A stretch of DNA of 64,000 nucleotides from an uncultured Bacteroidales bacterium (lineage in GTDB: Bacteria > Bacteroidota > Bacteroidia > Bacteroidales > ML635J-15), in contig CAYQMB010000001.1 in assembly GCA_964418565.1 (NCBI GenBank), forward strand, positions 14,433-78,432. Direction: 5' to 3'. The number at the start of each line of letters is the position of its first letter. The first letter of the stretch is position 1. The notes under the pieces were generated by a model. It did no database searches and had not been told where the DNA came from. It saw nothing but the letters and a program-made list of their open reading frames with translations. Shown in pieces: positions 57,818 through 64,000 of the stretch. The translations under genes and the position numbers were made by a program.

Positions 57818-59461
57818 ATGAAATATTTACGGTATCTGCCATTTCTCCTGGTACTGCTTAGTATAAAGTCATATGCTCAGGAAGGCAGAATAACAGGAAA
57901 TTTTCAGGGTGACTTTCAGTACTATCTTTCTGATTCCACCATCAATGCAGTGGCACCCGATGAACAACTGCTATTAAACTCTTACGCCAATTTTACCTAC
58001 ACCAAAGGCAATTTTAGTGCCGGACTCCGCTACGAAGGCTATCTCAACACGCTGGCTGGATTCCCCGGCGAAGACGGACGTAATGATGGAGTAGGGATAC
58101 CTCACCGTTGGGCAATGTTTTCAAAAGACGGATTTGAAATCACCGCCGGTAATTTTTATGAACAGTTTGGTAACGGACTGGCATTGCGGACATACGAAGA
58201 AAAAACCCTTGGTATTGACAACTCCCTGGATGGCATTCGTGTAAATTACAACCCGATGTTTGGAGTTAACCTGACTGGCCTGGTGGGAAAACAACGCTAT
58301 TACTTCGATTATGGTCCCGGTATTGTGCGTGGTTTTGATGCAGAAATCGGAATCAACGATATCATTCCCACATTAATGGAAAAACGCCTGCGATTTACCC
58401 TCGGTGGAAGCTTTGTCAGCAAGTTTCAGGAAGATAATGACCCGGTGTATGTTTTGCCCGAAAATGTGGCTACCAGCGCCGCACGGCTCAACATCAATTA
58501 CGGATTGCTGAACCTGGCAACAGAATACGCCTACAAAATCAATGACCCCAGTCAGGAAAACAATTACATATACCGGCCGGGACAGGCATTCCTTACTACA
58601 GCAACCTATTCTCAAAGCGGACTTGGTGTATTTTTAACAACCAAATGGGTAGACAACATGGGATTCCGCAGTGATCGCAATGCAACCCTGACAGACCTCA
58701 ACATCAACCAATTGCCCGAAATCACTAAAAATCACACATATACCTTGTCAGCCTATTATCCATACGCAACCCAACCAAATGGTGAATGGGGAGCTCAGGC
58801 AGAACTTTTTTACAAGTTTAAGCGAAAATCAACTCTCGGTGGAAAATACGGAACCATGATTGCATTGAATTATACCAGAGTTCACGATATCAGCCGTCAG
58901 CAAATTACTGATACCATTCCTGTTGGAGCACGTGGAACAGATGGATATAATACCAGCTTTTTCAGCGTCGGCGATGAGCTTTTCTTTCAGGATGTCAATG
59001 TTGAGTTGACTAAAAAACTATCCAAATCGTTTAAAATGGTGCTGACCTATCAAAATCTGATTGTCAACAATGAGGTGCTCAAACAATCGGATTTCCACGA
59101 TATGATTTATGCCAATGTGGCCATTGCCGACCTTACTTATAAATTCAATTCCAGTCGAAGCCTCCGCGGCGAGTTTCAGACTATGTTCACTGAACAGGAT
59201 AAAGGAGACTGGGCGATGGGACTGCTTGAATTCAGCATCCCGCATTTCTTTTTTAGCGTAATGGACAACTGGAATTATGGCAATCCCGACAAGGATAAAC
59301 GCTTTCATTATTACACTGCCAGCCTTGGATACATTAAAGGTGGCAATCGCATTCAGCTTTCATATGGCAAACAACGACAAGGCGTGATGTGCGTAGGCGG
59401 TGTATGTCGTACCGTACCTGCATCGAATGGCCTGATGTTATCCATTTCAAGTACATTTTAA
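57818..59461 (+). CDS. outer-membrane beta-barrel protein of unknown function (resembles the family I recall as DUF6029)
   Basis: Signal peptide MKYLRYLPFLLVLLSIKSYAQ (ATG at 57818; ORF-track start at 57797). Y/G/N-rich alternating segments. C-terminus ...CVGGVCRTVPASNGLMLSISSTF has a terminal Phe. The gene follows the TlpA-like gene after 8-29 nt. Confidence 0.72.
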   Translation: MKYLRYLPFLLVLLSIKSYAQEGRITGNFQGDFQYYLSDSTINAVAPDEQLLLNSYANFTYTKGNFSAGLRYEGYLNTLAGFPGEDGRNDGVGIPHRWAMFSKDGFEITAGNFYEQFGNGLALRTYEEKTLGIDNSLDGIRVNYNPMFGVNLTGLVGKQRYYFDYGPGIVRGFDAEIGINDIIPTLMEKRLRFTLGGSFVSKFQEDNDPVYVLPENVATSAARLNINYGLLNLATEYAYKINDPSQENNYIYRPGQAFLTTATYSQSGLGVFLTTKWVDNMGFRSDRNATLTDLNINQLPEITKNHTYTLSAYYPYATQPNGEWGAQAELFYKFKRKSTLGGKYGTMIALNYTRVHDISRQQITDTIPVGARGTDGYNTSFFSVGDELFFQDVNVELTKKLSKSFKMVLTYQNLIVNNEVLKQSDFHDMIYANVAIADLTYKFNSSRSLRGEFQTMFTEQDKGDWAMGLLEFSIPHFFFSVMDNWNYGNPDKDKRFHYYTASLGYIKGGNRIQLSYGKQRQGVMCVGGVCRTVPASNGLMLSISSTF

Positions 59462-59473
59462 TCCGTTTTAGTT

Positions 59474-60334
59474 ATGAAACAACTCCTAACATACATAAGC
59501 ATATTGATTGTTACAGGCGCTTTATTTCAGGCCTGTGATGTGGTTGAAGAACCCTATGTGGAAGAAAACGCCAGCGTATGGAACGGACGTAAAATTCTTA
59601 TTCTGGATTTTACCGGACACCATTGCCCAAACTGTCCCGAAGGACACCGGACCCTTGAGGAACTCCAAAATTCCTTTGGTGAGGCTGTTGTACCTGTAGC
59701 CATACATGCCACCTATTTTGCCCGTTTCCAGAATGACACTACTGAACCATTTTATTACGATTTCACCTGCCCGGCAGGCATTGAACTGGGAGGTAACACT
59801 CAGGGTGAACCCGGCTATTTCAGCATTTTCGGACTGCCGGTGGCGGCTGTAAATACCCTTGATCCGGATGAAACAACCAACCCGGGCGAGTGGGGTGGCA
59901 TCATTTCCGGCATCCTTGGAAAATATCCTGAGTTTACCATCAGCATTGACAATGATTATAATGCCGGTGACAACATTCTGAATACCGAAGTTGAAACTGA
60001 AGTTGAAGTAGCTTCAGTACGTAATCTGCGAGTTGCTGTTTACCTCACAGAATCGCATATCATCAACTGGCAGGAAGATGATGCAGCGGAGGAATCACCT
60101 GTTCCCGATTATCAGCACAACCATGTCCTCAGAGCAGGAATGAACGGTACGTTTGGTGAAGATGTCAACACAGGAAATACAGCGATTACCCCCGGTGACC
60201 TGATGACAGTAACCTGTTCACAGGAGATGGGAAGCGAATGGCAGGCTGAAAACTGTCACGTCGTTGCTTTCATTTATGATACCGACACTTACGAAGTACT
60301 ACAGGCTGAAACAAGCCCCTTGATTCAGAAATAA
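59474..60334 (+). CDS. Omp28-related lipoprotein with thioredoxin-like CPNC motif
   Basis: 286 aa. Lipoprotein-type signal ...VTGALFQAC, then acidic DVVEEPYVEE. ILILDFTGHHCPNCPEGH (CPNC at nt 59624-59635) sits in a thioredoxin-like beta-alpha context. The start is 12 nt after the barrel gene. Confidence 0.68.
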   Translation: MKQLLTYISILIVTGALFQACDVVEEPYVEENASVWNGRKILILDFTGHHCPNCPEGHRTLEELQNSFGEAVVPVAIHATYFARFQNDTTEPFYYDFTCPAGIELGGNTQGEPGYFSIFGLPVAAVNTLDPDETTNPGEWGGIISGILGKYPEFTISIDNDYNAGDNILNTEVETEVEVASVRNLRVAVYLTESHIINWQEDDAAEESPVPDYQHNHVLRAGMNGTFGEDVNTGNTAITPGDLMTVTCSQEMGSEWQAENCHVVAFIYDTDTYEVLQAETSPLIQK

Positions 60335-60357
60335 TCAAACTTCAAAACGTTTTTTAT

Positions 60358-60385
60358 AAGCCGGATGTTTGTCCGGCTTTTTTTT
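60358..60385 (+). terminator. rho-independent terminator ending the TlpA-barrel-lipoprotein operon
   Basis: Perfect 8-bp stem AAGCCGGA/TCCGGCTT, 6-nt loop, then T-run to 60385. Confidence 0.8.
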
Positions 60386-60458
60386 ATGCGTTGTAAACTA
60401 AAAGAGTTTCCCTGCTTAAAAATTCGTTCTGATACTGCAATTTTTTTATCTTCACGGT

Positions 60459-61100
60459 ATGATAAAAAAAGCACGCATCATTCTCGCTTTGTTGATTGCA
60501 TTTAGCCTGAACACAAGTGCTCAGACATTCAACGCAGGCATCTGTGCCGGCCCTGTTGTAACACAGTATAACGGCGATAATGTTGGCGGATACAGTAAAA
60601 TAGGTCCCAAGGCCGGCATTTTTGTGCATCGTGATATGCCCGGCAAGCTTAATTATCAGATTGATATGATTTTTGTTCAAAAAGGCAGCAAATACGAAAA
60701 CACTGAAGCCGTTGATTATTACAACCTTCGTCTTCGTTACCTGGAATTACCGATCACCTTTCAGTACATAACAGACTTCCTTGAAATCCCCGGTCTGTTT
60801 CGGCTGCAATTGCCCAATGATATAGGCCTGGAGCTTGGTCTTGGCGCAGCATATCTGCTGGAAGCAAAAGAAGACGACGATGGTGGTGGCTGGTTGAATG
60901 AACCTGTAAAACCTTTTAAACCATACGATATCACAGCACATGCCGGATTGTCCTGGTATTTTAATGAAAGTTGGTGGGTAAATTTCCGGTACAGCTACAG
61001 CATACTGCCTATACGAGAGCACCCCGGCGGACAAACATGGTTTATGGATCTGGGGCAATACAACAATGTGCTGCACTTCACTGTTTATTATGCATTCTGA
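60459..61100 (+). CDS. small outer-membrane beta-barrel protein (OMP_b-brl_2 / PorT-like family)
   Basis: 213 aa. Signal peptide MIKKARIILALLIAFSLNTSAQ. The internal LRYLELPITFQY motif is typical of this family, and the C-terminus is ...HFTVYYAF. Confidence 0.72.
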   Translation: MIKKARIILALLIAFSLNTSAQTFNAGICAGPVVTQYNGDNVGGYSKIGPKAGIFVHRDMPGKLNYQIDMIFVQKGSKYENTEAVDYYNLRLRYLELPITFQYITDFLEIPGLFRLQLPNDIGLELGLGAAYLLEAKEDDDGGGWLNEPVKPFKPYDITAHAGLSWYFNESWWVNFRYSYSILPIREHPGGQTWFMDLGQYNNVLHFTVYYAF

Positions 61101-61101
61101 T

Positions 61102-61650
61102 ATGTCAAAACGCATAGTCATAGCCATAACAGGTGCCAGCGGCAGCATATATGCCAAACGGCTGATTGAAAAACTTGAGCATGTGGATAATCCACCACAG
61201 CTTGCAATTATTATGTCAAGTGTAGCGCGCGAGGTATGGAAAACAGAGCTTGACAGCAAGCCTGTTTTCAATCACAAACAATATGAACCCGATGATTTTA
61301 TGGCACCATTTGCATCCGGATCATCCGTGTGGGACAGCATGATTGTTGTACCATGTACCATGGGGAGCCTGGGGAAAATTGCAAATGGCATTGCCGACAA
61401 CCTGATTACCCGTGCTGCCGATGTGTTTTTAAAGGAACGAAAACAATTGATTCTTGTGCCCAGAGAAACACCCTTTAATCATATCCATCTGGAAAATATG
61501 CGCCAGCTTAACCTTGCCGGGGCACTGATTATGCCTGCATCTCCCTCGTTTTACTCCCGGCCGCAAAGTATTGATGAGCTTGCAGACAGCCTGGTTCACC
61601 GAATGATGGATCATCTCGGCTATCCGCCCCCGTCAGCTTACCGGTGGTAA
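61102..61650 (+). CDS. ubiX: flavin prenyltransferase UbiX
   Basis: MSKRIVIAITGASGSIYAKRL... is a flavoprotein N-terminus. The sequence is UbiX/Pad1-like throughout. The ATG at 61102 lies directly after the upstream stop (61098-61100). Confidence 0.92.
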   Translation: MSKRIVIAITGASGSIYAKRLIEKLEHVDNPPQLAIIMSSVAREVWKTELDSKPVFNHKQYEPDDFMAPFASGSSVWDSMIVVPCTMGSLGKIANGIADNLITRAADVFLKERKQLILVPRETPFNHIHLENMRQLNLAGALIMPASPSFYSRPQSIDELADSLVHRMMDHLGYPPPSAYRW

Positions 61651-61652
61651 AG

Positions 61653-62357
61653 TCACCCGTCTACAGTTCCGATGCTGGCAATGCTGACCTTTACATCCGG
61701 AACCTTTAGTAAAACCTGAGCACAGGCTTCAATGGTTGCTCCGGTAGTGATCACATCATCCACAAGCAAGAGGTGTTTTCCGGTAAGTTCTTTTTCATCC
61801 CGTACGCTAAAAACCTCAGAAACATTTTCCCACCTGTCGTAACGCCCCTTTTTGGTTTGCGTTTTGGTAAACACATTGCGGTACAGATTATCACTGCTTA
61901 CAGGTACATCCATTACCTCCGATATGCCTTCAGCTATCCGCTCTGCCTGGTTGTAACCACGAATTTTCTGCTTGTCGGGATGCAGAGGCACAGGCACAAT
62001 GAAATCAAGGTTTTGAAACGGTTTTGAATTGTTCAGCTCCCCACCAAGTTCACGTCCCAGAAATACACCAATATCCGGCCGATTCTGATATTTTAGTTTG
62101 TGAATCAGTTTACGGTACGGACTGCCTTTTATAAAGTGCATGAGCGCAGTAGCCTGTTCAATCTGAACCCTGCCCCAAAAGACCTGTGCCAGGTCGTTTT
62201 CCGGATCAGAATGAAATGCAGTGCGGGGCAATTTTACCAGACAACTCGTACACAGGATTTCCTCCTGGTGCAAAAGGCTCTTTCCACAGGCATCGCAAAT
62301 TTTTGGATAAAATAGGTACCAGAAATCCCGCCAGTATGTTACCAATCTGGTTTTCAT
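61653..62357 (-). CDS. ComF-family phosphoribosyltransferase-domain protein
   Basis: N-terminal zinc-ribbon-type Cys pairs (CDACGKSL...CTSC) and the C-terminal PRTase motif LLLVDDVITTGAT. I prefer the ATG at 62357 over 62375. Confidence 0.83.
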   Translation of the reverse strand: MKTRLVTYWRDFWYLFYPKICDACGKSLLHQEEILCTSCLVKLPRTAFHSDPENDLAQVFWGRVQIEQATALMHFIKGSPYRKLIHKLKYQNRPDIGVFLGRELGGELNNSKPFQNLDFIVPVPLHPDKQKIRGYNQAERIAEGISEVMDVPVSSDNLYRNVFTKTQTKKGRYDRWENVSEVFSVRDEKELTGKHLLLVDDVITTGATIEACAQVLLKVPDVKVSIASIGTVDG

Positions 62358-62399
62358 ATGAATATAAAAATACAAAAAGCCCGCGAAAATCCAAAACGC

Positions 62400-63305
62400 C
62401 TATTTGGTAAGCTCCTGGAAAACCTCCTCAAGGCTTTTGTTTTTCAAATTCATGGAAAGTACGGTTAGCTTATTTTTTACGGCATACTGAAACAGGAGCG
62501 GGCGAACATCTTTATCAGATTTACTCTGAACAAGGTACTTATTATCACCCAGCCGCACAGCTTTAGTTACAGCTTTGATGTCCTTCAGATCGCTTGGTTT
62601 AACATTGGCATCAAATTCAACAATTACCGTACGGACATCGCTGGATTTATCGGACAAGGCTTCAGCTTTATCATCCGCCACCAGTTTTCCGTTATTGATG
62701 ATAAGAACACGATCGCAAATGGCCTCAACTTCCTGCATTATATGGGTAGATAATATCACCGTTTTTTCCTTTCCAAGTCTGTTGATCAGCTCACGGATTT
62801 CCACAATCTGATTGGGATCCAGACCACTGGTAGGCTCATCAAGAATCAGAACTCTGGGGTCGTGAATGATAGCCTGGGCCAAACCAATACGCTGCTTGTA
62901 TCCTTTGGACAAAGCTGATATTTTTTTGTTGATTTCTTTTTGCAGACCGGTCATTTCAATGATTTCATCAACCCGTTGTTTTTTATTTGCAATTTTATAA
63001 ATTCCGGCAACATAATTCAGGTATTCGCGGGCAAACATATCCTCATACAACGGATTATTTTCAGGCAGGTATCCGATGATCCTCCGGATATCAAGTGACT
63101 GTTCACTCACATTCATTCCTTCAATCCAGGCAGACCCTTCAGTTGGTGGTATACTACCGGTTAAAATACGCATGGTAGTGGTTTTACCTGCACCGTTGGG
63201 ACCAATAAATCCAACAATCCGTCCGGTTTCAACAGAAAAGCTCACATCATCCAGCGCTTTCTGATCACCATATACTTTTGTAAGTCCTTCAATCTTAATT
63301 GACAT
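62400..63305 (-). CDS. gldA: ABC transporter ATP-binding protein, gliding-motility GldA-like
   Basis: 301 aa. Walker A GPNGAGKTT, signature LSKGYKQR, Walker B LILDEPTSGLD. Length and N-terminus resemble GldA, but assigning it to GldA rather than a generic ABC-2 ATPase is tentative. Confidence 0.7.
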   Translation of the reverse strand: MSIKIEGLTKVYGDQKALDDVSFSVETGRIVGFIGPNGAGKTTTMRILTGSIPPTEGSAWIEGMNVSEQSLDIRRIIGYLPENNPLYEDMFAREYLNYVAGIYKIANKKQRVDEIIEMTGLQKEINKKISALSKGYKQRIGLAQAIIHDPRVLILDEPTSGLDPNQIVEIRELINRLGKEKTVILSTHIMQEVEAICDRVLIINNGKLVADDKAEALSDKSSDVRTVIVEFDANVKPSDLKDIKAVTKAVRLGDNKYLVQSKSDKDVRPLLFQYAVKNKLTVLSMNLKNKSLEEVFQELTK

Positions 63306-63328
63306 ACGCTATTCTTTTATCCTTTGTG

Positions 63329-63336
63329 CAAATTTA
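63329..63336 (-). promoter_or_regulatory. -7 promoter box TAAATTTG (minus strand) upstream of the gldA-like gene
   Basis: The plus strand reads CAAATTTA, 23 nt upstream of the ATG at 63305. Confidence 0.4.
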
Positions 63337-63389
63337 TTAATTCCACAATGAATTCTGTATCTTTATGCGAATTTATATCTACATATACG

Positions 63390-64000
63390 ATGGAACTAAG
63401 GTATTGCATTGATCTGGCTAATTACGAACGCTTTCCATCCCGCATTGTCAGGGTGGGAGACATCCCCGTTGGTGGCACACATCCCGTAAGGTTACAATCC
63501 ATGACAAATACCAATACCATGGATCTTAAAGCTACCACAGAACAGGCAAAACGCATTTTTGATGCAGGAGCAGATTTTGTAAGAATCACAACACCACGAA
63601 TTAAAGAAGCTGAGTTTCTGAAAAAAATCAAGAATAGCCTGCATAAAGATGGCTATAAAAAGCCACTGATTGCTGATGTTCATTTCAATCCCAAAGCAGC
63701 AGAAACAGCCGCAAAAATTGTGGAAAAAGTCCGCATCAACCCCGGAAACTATGTGGACCCACGTGCAAAATTCCATAAAAAGGAAATCAGCACAGCAGAG
63801 TATGACCGCGAGCTGGAACGCATGCATGAACGCTTGCTTTCATTGATTGATATATGCAAGCAGGAAGGAACAGCCATCCGGATTGGAAGCAATTACGGCA
63901 GCTTATCAGACCGGATTATGAACCGGTATGGAAACACTCCCGAAGGTATGGTAGAAGCCGCAATGGAATTTTATCGCATATTTCGGGCCGAAAGTTTTGA
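63390..64000 (+). CDS. ispG: 4-hydroxy-3-methylbut-2-en-1-yl diphosphate synthase (partial; continues beyond window)
   Basis: Manual translation from the ATG at 63390 gives MELRYCIDLANYERFPSRIVRVGDIPVGGTHPVRLQSMTNTNTMD...LIADVHFNPKAAE...RINPGNYVD, the canonical IspG/GcpE N-terminal TIM-barrel sequence. It is absent from the ORF track because it runs off the edge. Confidence 0.92.
   Translation, partial: MELRYCIDLANYERFPSRIVRVGDIPVGGTHPVRLQSMTNTNTMDLKATTEQAKRIFDAGADFVRITTPRIKEAEFLKKIKNSLHKDGYKKPLIADVHFNPKAAETAAKIVEKVRINPGNYVDPRAKFHKKEISTAEYDRELERMHERLLSLIDICKQEGTAIRIGSNYGSLSDRIMNRYGNTPEGMVEAAMEFYRIFRAESF

Noticed and set aside
60747-61271. A 174-aa minus-strand ORF spanning the OMP/ubiX junction.
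   Set aside because: It is antisense to two well-supported plus-strand genes and has no recognisable motifs.

Overview
This is 64 kb of gene-dense chromosomal DNA that reads as Bacteroidota. The evidence is the T9SS translocon gene sprA, a gldA-like ABC ATPase, two proteins with T9SS C-terminal sorting domains, TAnnTTTG -7 promoter boxes upstream of many genes, and a split atp operon with a short epsilon subunit. I can support about 52 protein-coding genes, two of them truncated by the window edges and found by manual translation: 1-1069 on the minus strand and ispG at 63390-64000. I also call about ten intrinsic terminators or hairpins and several promoter-like boxes. I saw no rRNA, tRNA, CRISPR array, transposase, integrase, phage gene or recognisable defence system, and no obvious compositional island by eye (not computed).

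Most of the content is housekeeping: rlmN, gltX, waaA, nrdJ, ruvA, gcvH, ispD, hemW, lpxK, metK, atpBEFHAG and atpDC, ubiX and ispG.

The most unusual block is 53.7-60.3 kb. It encodes a T9SS-secreted WCGPC thioredoxin-fold multidomain protein, a periplasmic TlpA-like WCKPC protein, an outer-membrane beta-barrel and an Omp28-like lipoprotein with a CPNC motif, next to a small divergent T9SS cargo. I propose this as an uncharacterised cell-surface thiol-redox module, but that is inference only.

Other items worth a second look:
- A sigma-54 activator lacking a DNA-binding domain, translationally coupled to an aspartase-like lyase.
- A bactofilin gene overlapping the first gene of the atp operon.
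- Two divergent phosphate transporters with PhoU-like tails, sitting between atpG and atpD.
- A ~380-450 bp structured leader upstream of nrdJ.
- An 1155-aa outer-membrane protein of unknown function next to waaA.
- Several small intergenic repeats and palindromes.

All functional calls come from motif recognition by eye. No database search was possible.
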